64,000 nt of DNA from Thermoplasmatales archaeon SG8-52-3 (GTDB taxonomy: Archaea > Thermoplasmatota > E2 > DHVEG-1). A program made the translations under genes and the position numbers. Shown piece after piece: positions 16,873 to 24,869 of this stretch. The first letter of the stretch is position 1; each line of letters starts with the position of its first letter. Location of the stretch: positions 23,142 through 87,141 of the forward strand of contig LSSG01000032.1 of assembly GCA_001595915.1 (NCBI GenBank). Direction: 5' to 3'. The notes beneath the pieces were generated by a model that was not told the DNA's origin, did not search any database, and worked only from the letters and a program-made list of their open reading frames with translations.

Positions 16873-18633
16873 ATGGGTAAAACAATAATTCAAAAGATTT
16901 TTGAGAATCATTCAAAGCAATCTGCTGTTGTCGGTGAAATAATTGATATTGATATCGATGTAAGAGTTGCTAGAGATTTTGGTGGAGCAAACGTTGTAAA
17001 AAATCTTGAGGAAAATAACCTAAAATTAGATGATCCTGATAAGACATATTTTACATTTGATTGCAATCCTGGTGGTTGTGATCAGAAATATGCCACAAAT
17101 CAACACATTTGCAGGATTTTTGCAAGAAAAAATAATGTAAAAATTTTTGATATCAGTAGTGGAATAGGAACTCACTTGGTAATTGATGAGAAAATTGCAA
17201 AACCTGGTGGAACAATAGTTTCCACTGATTCTCATGCAAATATTCTTGGAGCAATTGGAGCCTTTGGTCAAGGTATGGGTGACAAAGATATTGCTCATGC
17301 ATTTGCCTATGGAAAAGTCTGGTTTAAGGTTCCTCCGACAATTAAAATAGAGCTTAAGGGTAGACCTTCTAATATTACAACTCCAAAGGATGTAGCGCTC
17401 AAACTATTGCAAGAGTTTGGTGCAAACGGACTATTAGGTTTTTCTGCTGAAATCTATGGTGATTATGTTGATATGTTACCACTAGATGCAAGAATTACTA
17501 TAGCATCAATGGCAACTGAAATGGGTGGAATAATTATTCTTTTTCCTTTCAAAAAAGCAATTACTGCTGATTCAGATGCAGATTATGAAGATGCTGTTAA
17601 AGTTGATATTGAAGGTCTTAAACCAATGGTTTCCCTACCTGGTCATCCTGAGGATGTAGTTAGTATTGATGAATTAGATAATGTTAAGGTAGATTCAGGG
17701 TTCATTGGTTCATGTACAAATGGACGAATTTCTGATATGAGAGCCGCTGCTAAAATTATGAAGGACAGAAAGATTGCACCTGGTAGGGTTCTAAAAATTG
17801 TTCCTTCCACTGATGATGTATGGAAGAAATGCCTCGAAGGAGGATTAATTAAAATATTTAAGGATGCAGGTGCCCTTTTTGGGTCAGCAGGTTGTGCTGG
17901 TTGTGCAGCAGGTCAGATTGGACAGACTGGAACAGGCGAGATTGCGATTTCTTCAGGAAATAGAAATTTTGTAGGTAAACAGGGTAAAGGAGACACATAT
18001 CTTGCAAGCCCTGAAACGGTTGCAGCTTCTCTTATTGCAGGATACATTACATCTATTGACGAAATCCCTGATAAACCAGTTTCAATAAATGTTCCAGAAT
18101 CTTCTCATAAAATATCACATTTAAAAAAAGATTTGAAAATATCCAGACTTACAAGTGTTGAAGGTAAAGCATGGGTAATTAAGAAAGACAATATTGATAC
18201 AGATATGATTTTTCATAATAGATATCTAGCGATAACAGACATAAATGAGATGGGGCAATATACTTTTGATAACCTAGAAGGTTATGAAAATTTTTCAAAA
18301 AAGGCTAATCCTGGCGATATTGTAATTGCTGGCAAGAACTTTGGAGCAGGAAGCTCAAGACAACAGGCTGTAGATTGCTTTAAGTCATTAAAAATAAGTG
18401 TAATCATCGCTGAATCTTTTGGAGCAATTTATGAGCGTAATGCAATCAATAGTGCTATGCCTATTTTAATTGCAAGGGATATCACAAGCAAGGTAAGTGA
18501 TGGAGATATATTATCTGTTGATTTCACTACCGGTAAAATTATAAACAAAACAAAAAACACAGGAATAAATGTAAAACCATTTTCAAAATCTCAACTTGAT
18601 ATTTATAAAAATGGTGGATTGTTAAAAAAATAA
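16873..18633 (+). CDS. Aconitase-family hydro-lyase, fused large (LeuC/HacA-like) and small (LeuD-like) domains
   Basis: 586 aa. It shows TDSHAN, GSCTNGRISD and GCAGCAAGQIG (Fe-S ligand region), then a swivel domain with GKNFGAGSSRQQAVDCF. The substrate cannot be assigned from sequence. Confidence 0.75.
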   Translation: MGKTIIQKIFENHSKQSAVVGEIIDIDIDVRVARDFGGANVVKNLEENNLKLDDPDKTYFTFDCNPGGCDQKYATNQHICRIFARKNNVKIFDISSGIGTHLVIDEKIAKPGGTIVSTDSHANILGAIGAFGQGMGDKDIAHAFAYGKVWFKVPPTIKIELKGRPSNITTPKDVALKLLQEFGANGLLGFSAEIYGDYVDMLPLDARITIASMATEMGGIIILFPFKKAITADSDADYEDAVKVDIEGLKPMVSLPGHPEDVVSIDELDNVKVDSGFIGSCTNGRISDMRAAAKIMKDRKIAPGRVLKIVPSTDDVWKKCLEGGLIKIFKDAGALFGSAGCAGCAAGQIGQTGTGEIAISSGNRNFVGKQGKGDTYLASPETVAASLIAGYITSIDEIPDKPVSINVPESSHKISHLKKDLKISRLTSVEGKAWVIKKDNIDTDMIFHNRYLAITDINEMGQYTFDNLEGYENFSKKANPGDIVIAGKNFGAGSSRQQAVDCFKSLKISVIIAESFGAIYERNAINSAMPILIARDITSKVSDGDILSVDFTTGKIINKTKNTGINVKPFSKSQLDIYKNGGLLKK

Positions 18634-18649
18634 AGGAAAAGTGAAATTT

Positions 18650-19099
18650 TTAAATTAATTCTTTTGCTTTACCTATTAGAAAATATCTCGTTGCATCTAT
18701 AACATGTCCTATATGTATGTAATTTATAAATCCTAATCCTTTAAAATATTGTAAAGTGAATTCCTTAGGCAGAATATCTTTTGAATATAATACATTTGAA
18801 GCTTTATCAAAGATGCAAAATGAATAATTTTCTGGAGCATTCCATCCTGGGTAATTTTTAACATTCATCTCTCCGATTAATATACCAAATTTTGTTGTTT
18901 TATTATTGATTAAAATTTCGTGTATGAATCCCATTCCAAATATTAGGTAATTATATTGTGGTTTTTTTTCATTTTCATTTACTAAATAATGTTGATCTGG
19001 TACTGCATATACATTTGTTGCCAGTAATAATATTACTATTATTATTGCTACAGCTTCAAATATTATTTTTTTATTTTTGTTATTAACCATTATTATCAC
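18650..19099 (-). CDS. Hypothetical secreted or membrane-anchored protein
   Basis: 149 aa with an N-terminal hydrophobic signal/anchor (AVAIIIVILLLATNVYA). No recognisable motif. Confidence 0.4.
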   Translation of the reverse strand: MIIMVNNKNKKIIFEAVAIIIVILLLATNVYAVPDQHYLVNENEKKPQYNYLIFGMGFIHEILINNKTTKFGILIGEMNVKNYPGWNAPENYSFCIFDKASNVLYSKDILPKEFTLQYFKGLGFINYIHIGHVIDATRYFLIGKAKELI

Positions 19100-19166
19100 T
19101 TTATAGGTTTATATCTAAATAATTATTTATTTTATATAGTAACCTTTAAAACATTTTGAGTCAATT

Positions 19167-19769
19167 ATGTTCTATATGAGTCAAAATAAATATATAATTT
19201 CAAAGGAAGTAATGATTTACCTTAAACAAAAACCATTTGTGCTTGAAGCTCTAGAACAAGAAATAATAAATTACAGTGCTCTTGCAAGGAAAATCAAAAA
19301 AGATCTTGGTAATGTTAATTTTGAGGCAGTCAAAACAACAGTTATTCGAATTGCAAAAGATTTAAGAAGTAAAAAAAAGCAAAGGGAATTAAAAATAATA
19401 AGTCTTCTAAAAAAAGCTGATTTTTCAATTAATAACAAAATTGCTACAATTCATCATATATCTCCACTAAATATAGAATCAATTGCGTTTTCTAAAACAC
19501 CTAGTGGTTACATGTATTTTGTAAAGGAAAATATCGCAGAGAAATCAACCTTTAAAAAAATAGATTATGGCTATGCAATCATTCATATAAAAAGTCCAAA
19601 AGAAATTGAAGATACCCCTGGAGTTGCTGCATTTTTACTTTCAACTCTTGCCTCAGAAAATATAAATGTAGTTCATCTTATGGATTGCAGAGAAGATACT
19701 TTTTTAGTAATAAAAGAGTTTGATGCACCTCTCTCTTTTAGAGTTTTATCTGAAGCATTAAGGATTTAA
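19167..19769 (+). CDS. ACT-domain-containing putative regulator
   Basis: 200 aa. The C-terminal PGVAAFLLSTLASENINVVHLMDCREDTFLVIKE is a typical ACT ligand-binding fold pattern. The N-terminal half looks helix-turn-helix-like. Confidence 0.45.
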   Translation: MFYMSQNKYIISKEVMIYLKQKPFVLEALEQEIINYSALARKIKKDLGNVNFEAVKTTVIRIAKDLRSKKKQRELKIISLLKKADFSINNKIATIHHISPLNIESIAFSKTPSGYMYFVKENIAEKSTFKKIDYGYAIIHIKSPKEIEDTPGVAAFLLSTLASENINVVHLMDCREDTFLVIKEFDAPLSFRVLSEALRI

Positions 19770-19793
19770 TAAAACAAAAGAAAGAAGATAAGG

Positions 19794-21095
19794 TTATCTT
19801 CTTCTTATAAGATTTAATAACAGAGGTTGTCTTAGGTTTATTTTCCTTTTTTTAGTACTACCAGTAAGCAATCTATCGGTTTTGAAGACCCATACAACTA
19901 TAATAATCATTATTGATGCAAAGATAGAAACATAGATTATTCCGCTTATTACAAACATATAGTTTTCAAATATTAGTGCACGAGAGGCCATCATCGGATG
20001 GGAAAATGGTATTGCAAAGACAATTCCTTTCAGAGCTAATGGTAGAGTATCAAAATCAGCAAAAATAGTAAGAAACATTGGTATTAGAGCAAGCATTGTT
20101 ACTGGAAATGTAAGTGTTTGAGCGCTTTTATAATTTTTAGCAAATGTTCCAAGTAGCATACATAAGGAAAGCCCTGCGATGAGGGTGACAAATAGTGATA
20201 TACCTATAAAGAGGAAGTCTTGTGAATCAAGAACTAAACCATATTCAGCAAGGCTAATTCCACCTTCTGAAAATTGCAGACCTTGAAAATAAAAACTCAT
20301 ACCGATCATATAAATAATTGCAAGAATAAGACCTATTCCTGCAGCTGCAATAATTTTTCCAGTTACAATACTAGTTCGTTTTACAGGGAGTGTAAGCAGT
20401 GTTTCAAGTGTTTTATTTTCTTTTTCAAGTGCCATGGATGTAATTACTATACCTCCCGCCATTATTATAATCATCATTATTACAATTGGAATAAGCATTG
20501 ATTGAGATGATAACATACTAACAATAATATCTGGGGTGAGTCCTTTGAATTCACGATCTTTAAAATATGTAGTTTCAATATTTTTAGTTGGATTTAAAAC
20601 AAATGATGAATTAACAGATGAATTATCCTGTATTAATTCCTTTGAAAGGTTAGTATTGATATAATTAATTAAATACTGTAAAACTCCCGATGAAATCGTA
20701 TCCATTACTCCAGCACCTTTCATAATCCAATAGATTTCAATTTCACCAGGCGACTCATTTCGCATTTGCTTAGTAAAATTTTTCGGGATCACTATAAGCG
20801 CAACTCCATCTTTTTGTTTTAATTCATCTATTGCAATTTGTTTGTCATCAATTGATGTTGAATTAAAAATCACCTTTGAATTGTTATATAGAATTGAAGA
20901 AGTAATTGTAGCTAAAGTATCATCGTCTTCATTTATTAAACCAATAATTGGTTTTTCTTTTGCTTGTTCTTGAATTCCTTGTATACTATTTCCCATAGTT
21001 CCAAAAATAAGAGCAACTAAAATTATTGGTACAAATGTAGCTGGTGTAAATAATTCTTTAAATTCTTTTTTTATTATATTCCCTAGTCCACTCAT
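19794..21095 (-). CDS. ABC-2 type exporter permease
   Basis: 433 aa with an N-terminal TM, a large extracytoplasmic loop and a C-terminal bundle of 5-6 TM helices. 4-nt overlap with the upstream ATPase gene. Confidence 0.7.
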   Translation of the reverse strand: MSGLGNIIKKEFKELFTPATFVPIILVALIFGTMGNSIQGIQEQAKEKPIIGLINEDDDTLATITSSILYNNSKVIFNSTSIDDKQIAIDELKQKDGVALIVIPKNFTKQMRNESPGEIEIYWIMKGAGVMDTISSGVLQYLINYINTNLSKELIQDNSSVNSSFVLNPTKNIETTYFKDREFKGLTPDIIVSMLSSQSMLIPIVIMMIIIMAGGIVITSMALEKENKTLETLLTLPVKRTSIVTGKIIAAAGIGLILAIIYMIGMSFYFQGLQFSEGGISLAEYGLVLDSQDFLFIGISLFVTLIAGLSLCMLLGTFAKNYKSAQTLTFPVTMLALIPMFLTIFADFDTLPLALKGIVFAIPFSHPMMASRALIFENYMFVISGIIYVSIFASIMIIIVVWVFKTDRLLTGSTKKRKINLRQPLLLNLIRRR

Positions 21096-21808
21096 TGCTT
21101 CACCACCTTTGTAAAAACCTCTTCTATGTTATTTGCATTATATTTATTCATCAAATCCTTTGGTTTTCCTCCTTCTACGATTTTTCCTTCAGATATGAGA
21201 GCAATACGTTCACAGAGATACTCAACTTCTAACATATTATGAGAGGAAAGCAAAATGGTTGTTCCAGCCTGAGCAGTATTTTTTACAAGTTTTCTTATCT
21301 CTTGGGCATTGATTACATCAAGTCCTGATGTGGGTTCATCAAGAATAGCAAGTTTTGGATTTATCATTAAAGCTCTGCCAACAAGAAGTCTCCGCATCAT
21401 ACCTTTGCTATATGTGTCAACTCTATCATCGATTCTCTCATCAAGATCGGCTATTTCAATTCCTTTTTCAACCATCTGTTGATTTTTTTTAGGATCAAAA
21501 AAATTTGCTATAAATTGTAGATATGATCTGCCTGTTAGATTCTTATATGCACCAGCATCCTCCGGGAGGTAGCTTATAATTTTCCGTATCTTATCAGCAT
21601 CTTTTTCAATATCATAATCCATAATTTTAATAGAACCAGAATTTATCTTAAGTAAAGTTGAAATAATTCTTAATACCGTTGTTTTTCCTGCACCATTTGG
21701 TCCAATTAAACCAAAAATTTCCCCTTCATTAACATTAAATGATATACCTTTAACAGCTTCAATCTTACCATAATTTTTTACGAGATTTTTTACCTCAATA
21801 GTTATCAT
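21092..21808 (-). CDS. ABC transporter ATP-binding protein
   Basis: 238 aa with Walker A GPNGAGKTT, signature YSKGMMRRL, Walker B ILDEPTSGLD and an H-loop SSHNM. Confidence 0.9.
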   Translation of the reverse strand: MITIEVKNLVKNYGKIEAVKGISFNVNEGEIFGLIGPNGAGKTTVLRIISTLLKINSGSIKIMDYDIEKDADKIRKIISYLPEDAGAYKNLTGRSYLQFIANFFDPKKNQQMVEKGIEIADLDERIDDRVDTYSKGMMRRLLVGRALMINPKLAILDEPTSGLDVINAQEIRKLVKNTAQAGTTILLSSHNMLEVEYLCERIALISEGKIVEGGKPKDLMNKYNANNIEEVFTKVVKQ

Positions 21809-21830
21809 AAATTTTTTTCACCTTTTATTC

Positions 21831-22145
21831 TTAATGTGTTTTTACAGCTGTCCCAAAGGCAATAATTTCAGCAGCACTTCCCATAGTTTGGGCTGTTGCA
21901 AATCTCATACAAATTACTGCATCCGCATCTAGATTTTTTGCATCATCAATCATTCTTTGCATAGCAGTTCTTCTTGCCTCTTCCATAAGTTCAGTATAAG
22001 GCTTGCTTTCACCACCAATAATTGTTCTTCCAGCTGCTCTTAAATCCTTTCCTATATGCTTCATTTGTACGCAGCAGCCAAAAACAATTCCTAATACTTC
22101 TTTTGCCTCTCTTCCAGGTATATTTTCAGTTGTTGTAACCATCAT
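21831..22145 (-). CDS. YbjQ/UPF0145 family protein (copy 1)
   Basis: 104 aa. TTENIPGREAKEVLGIVFG...DADAVICMRFATAQTMGSAAEIIAFGTAVK is the canonical YbjQ_1 pattern. Confidence 0.8.
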   Translation of the reverse strand: MMVTTTENIPGREAKEVLGIVFGCCVQMKHIGKDLRAAGRTIIGGESKPYTELMEEARRTAMQRMIDDAKNLDADAVICMRFATAQTMGSAAEIIAFGTAVKTH

Positions 22146-22156
22146 ATTTTATACCT

Positions 22157-22333
22157 TCACTTTTTATTTTTAAACTTATTTTTAATATATTCTTTTTGAA
22201 TCTCATCAGCAATTTTTCCATCATCGATAATAAATGCACCAAAATAACCACAATCCTTGCATTCATATTTTTGCATATCTTGAGGTATTGGACTATAAAT
22301 TCTTTTTGAACCACATTTTGGACAAAACTTCAT
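22157..22333 (-). CDS. Small zinc-ribbon protein (58 aa, not in the ORF track)
   Basis: Hand translation codon by codon gives MKFCPKCGSKRIYSPIPQDMQKYECKDCGYFGAFIIDDGKIADEIQKEYIKNKFKNKK, stop TGA at 22157-22159. It has two CxxC pairs (CPKCG, CKDCG). It replaces the implausible track ORF 22126..22314, which is in another frame. Confidence 0.6.
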   Translation of the reverse strand: MKFCPKCGSKRIYSPIPQDMQKYECKDCGYFGAFIIDDGKIADEIQKEYIKNKFKNKK

Positions 22334-22408
22334 TTCTCTATCATCACCTTTTTATTTTGTTCTAATATTATTCTTTATTACATTGTATTTTTTTTCTATC
22401 CTTATTAC

Positions 22409-22636
22409 CTATTTATATGCAAATCCACATTTTGCGCAACTATATGTTTTTCCATCAAATCGAAGTTTTTCACTTCCACAGTCAGGGCATGTCCCTAATA
22501 CTCGTTCTTCAAGTGCTTTCAATCTATTTAATTCCCTTTCAGCAAGTTGTGATAGATTTATCCAAGGATTTTCTTTCCACCATTTCCAGATTTCATCACT
22601 TATTGTTATAGTTACCTTTTTCATCCTAGGTTTCAC
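22409..22636 (-). CDS. Small ribbon-helix-helix-like plus zinc-ribbon protein
   Basis: 75 aa. The N-terminal KKVTITISDEIWKWWKE...NLSQLAERELNRL looks like a beta-strand/helix/helix (CopG-like) unit, and the C-terminal CPDCGS...CAKCG is a zinc ribbon. The start may be the internal ATG at 22624, which removes the overlap with the upstream gene. Confidence 0.55.
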   Translation of the reverse strand: MKPRMKKVTITISDEIWKWWKENPWINLSQLAERELNRLKALEERVLGTCPDCGSEKLRFDGKTYSCAKCGFAYK

Positions 22637-23960
22637 CTTTTATAAATTCTATCATATCCATGATTACTTCTTCTGCTACATGACCTTCAATTAAATATTC
22701 AGTATTTGTGGGAGTTCCAACACCCGCAATAAATAAATGATTTAGATTTTCATATGTTTTTAAAAATACATTTAAATCATCTGAAAAAGTAGCGTTCCAA
22801 ATAGTAAAGTCATCTTCATAGGTAACTTGATAATCTCTAAGACCTTGAACAATCATAATTGGAATTGAAAGATTTTCTGCTGTATGTACTGGATCATAGC
22901 TTGATAAATACTCCCAATAAGACTTATAGGCTCCTAATACCAGTTCATCATCACTAATATTTAGTGACTTAATTTTAGCAATGGATTGATTAATCATGTT
23001 AATATTTTCTTGCTCTGTATTATCAATTACACCATCAAGTTCAGCTAGATATATCGTCTGATCATAGATTAGATCCTCAAGATTTCTTACTGGTGATGCA
23101 AGCATAATAATAGCTGAAACATCATAATTATTTAATGCAATTTGAGGAGCAGTCATTGCACCAAGACTATGACCTAAAACAAAAATCTTACTTTTATCTA
23201 CCTTTTCATAAGTTTTTAATAAATCAATTGCAGAATTAACATCATCAATTATTTCTTCTTCAAGAGTTAAATTCTTTAATGCCCCTGTCTCTTCAGGATA
23301 TACTTTTGTTCTTTTATCATATCTTAAAACAATAATATCATTAGATGCAAGACCCCAAGAAATATCCTTAAATGGTTTATTAACACCAATTGTTTCGTCT
23401 CTATCTGAAGGACCTGAACCTTGAACAAGAACAATACAGGGAAATGGTCCTTCATCATTTGGAATTGATATTGTTCCAGGAAGCTCCCAAGGATCTTCTC
23501 CAATTATTACCTCTGAATCTGTAAAGTTTGAAATATCTACATAGCTGGGTGTTGAGTAAGTTTTTATTGGTTCAATTTTTTCAGTCCAAAAACCAGATAT
23601 TTCTTTTGTTTGATCAAACACAATTTTGAAAATTATATAGTAATTACTTGAAAAAGTACAATTTGCAAAAATTATATTATAACCTTCTTCAATAGATTCT
23701 GAGGTGTCTTCTATTGATTGAAAATCACCATATAAATTCAAAATTGTGTTCCAAGTATTTTCAAATTGAATTAAACTAAATTGATTTTTCATTTCTGGAC
23801 TGAAATAAGTATAAGCAACATTCAATTTTTCCTGTTTAATTTCAGTTAAAAATTCTATTGCAATTTCTGAAATTGTTTTTTCTTCTTGTTCTTCAATACA
23901 TCCTGAGAATAATGATACTATAGCAAGTATTACAATTATTATTATAATTGCTTTTTTCAT
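22626..23960 (-). CDS. Lipoprotein-like alpha/beta hydrolase
   Basis: 444 aa with a signal plus lipobox-like SLFSGC. The C-terminal half has the nucleophile elbow LGHSLGAM and the later acid/His region of an alpha/beta-hydrolase fold. The N-terminal domain has unknown function. Confidence 0.65.
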   Translation of the reverse strand: MKKAIIIIIVILAIVSLFSGCIEEQEEKTISEIAIEFLTEIKQEKLNVAYTYFSPEMKNQFSLIQFENTWNTILNLYGDFQSIEDTSESIEEGYNIIFANCTFSSNYYIIFKIVFDQTKEISGFWTEKIEPIKTYSTPSYVDISNFTDSEVIIGEDPWELPGTISIPNDEGPFPCIVLVQGSGPSDRDETIGVNKPFKDISWGLASNDIIVLRYDKRTKVYPEETGALKNLTLEEEIIDDVNSAIDLLKTYEKVDKSKIFVLGHSLGAMTAPQIALNNYDVSAIIMLASPVRNLEDLIYDQTIYLAELDGVIDNTEQENINMINQSIAKIKSLNISDDELVLGAYKSYWEYLSSYDPVHTAENLSIPIMIVQGLRDYQVTYEDDFTIWNATFSDDLNVFLKTYENLNHLFIAGVGTPTNTEYLIEGHVAEEVIMDMIEFIKGET

Positions 23961-23972
23961 TTTATTTTCCTC

Positions 23973-24164
23973 TTAATTTGGAACCCTATATATTAAACTC
24001 AAAATCATCAATATTATTCCAACAATAATAGCAATTATTGCTTTAAATCTTGGACTGCCGGGTGCATTAATCCATCTGGCAAAATTTGGATTTAAAAATG
24101 CACCAATTCCAAATAATAATACGATGAGTCCAATAATAATAAGAACTATATTTACTGTTTCCAT
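23973..24164 (-). CDS. Small 2-TM membrane protein
   Basis: 63 aa with two hydrophobic helices flanking a NPNFARWINAPGSPRFK loop. It sits between the hydrolase and YbjQ copy 2 with gaps of 12 and 5 nt. Confidence 0.45.
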   Translation of the reverse strand: METVNIVLIIIGLIVLLFGIGAFLNPNFARWINAPGSPRFKAIIAIIVGIILMILSLIYRVPN

Positions 24165-24169
24165 TGTAT

Positions 24170-24484
24170 CTATTTAAGTTTTACAGCAGTTCCATATGCA
24201 AGAATTTCTGCAGCACCGCCCATTATCGAGGAGGTCATAAAACGAACATTTATTACTGCATCAGCACCCATTTTTTTTGCTTTATCTTCCATTCTTTTTA
24301 ATGCGATTTCTCTAGATTCAGCAAGCATCTCAGTATATTCCTTAATTTCACCACCTACCATATGTCGAAAACCTGCTTTTATGTCTTTACCTATACTTTT
24401 TGCTTGAATAGTATTTCCTCTTACTAAACCTAAAATTTCCTTTATTTCTTTACCAATTACAAAATCAGTATTTACTATTATCAT
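24170..24484 (-). CDS. YbjQ/UPF0145 family protein (copy 2)
   Basis: 104 aa, the same length as copy 1 and alignable throughout (GADAVINVRFMTSSIMGGAAEILAYGTAVK). Confidence 0.8.
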   Translation of the reverse strand: MIIVNTDFVIGKEIKEILGLVRGNTIQAKSIGKDIKAGFRHMVGGEIKEYTEMLAESREIALKRMEDKAKKMGADAVINVRFMTSSIMGGAAEILAYGTAVKLK

Positions 24485-24720
24485 GGTTCTAAATCCTCCT
24501 TTTTGATTTCTTCTTTCATTTTTTTTGTATCTCTTCGTTGTTCAAATATAATTGAAACAATTAGTACTATTAGACCAATTATAATCAGCCCTGCGACAAA
24601 TCCTGTCACAATGTCTATTGCTTGCATTATTTCTTCAAAACCTAGGTATAATCCATATCCAATCCATATAATTATACCAGCTACCAACAAAATCAATCCA
24701 ATTGTGGATCCTTTTTTCAT
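24481..24720 (-). CDS. Small 2-TM membrane protein with a charged C-terminal tail
   Basis: 79 aa with two hydrophobic helices followed by EQRRDTKKMKEEIKKEDLEP. ATGA overlap with YbjQ copy 2. First gene of the array. Confidence 0.45.
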   Translation of the reverse strand: MKKGSTIGLILLVAGIIIWIGYGLYLGFEEIMQAIDIVTGFVAGLIIIGLIVLIVSIIFEQRRDTKKMKEEIKKEDLEP

Positions 24721-24732
24721 ATATTCACATCC

Positions 24733-24762
24733 TAAATACGTTTTAATACGTGTTAATACGTA
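24733..24762 (-). promoter_or_regulatory. Three direct 10-bp repeats (core AATACGT), candidate operator between the TATA-like box and the start codon
   Basis: AATACGT occurs at 24735-24741, 24745-24751 and 24755-24761, exactly 10 bp apart. This is 15-41 nt upstream of the ATG at 24720 (minus-strand gene). An A/T-rich TATA-like tatttaaaa lies further upstream at 24774-24782. Confidence 0.4.
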
Positions 24763-24869
24763 TATATTATGTGTATTTAAAATTATCGATTAAGATGGCT
24801 TTGCAAAATAAAAACATATTTAGCACTTTTATTCATTTTCTATCTTAATTTAAAAGTTAATTTAACCAA

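Noticed and set aside
22126-22314. 62-aa track ORF between YbjQ copy 1 and the RHH gene.
   Set aside because: It overlaps the YbjQ start by 20 nt and has an implausible composition. A different frame encodes a clean two-CxxC zinc-ribbon protein (22157..22333).
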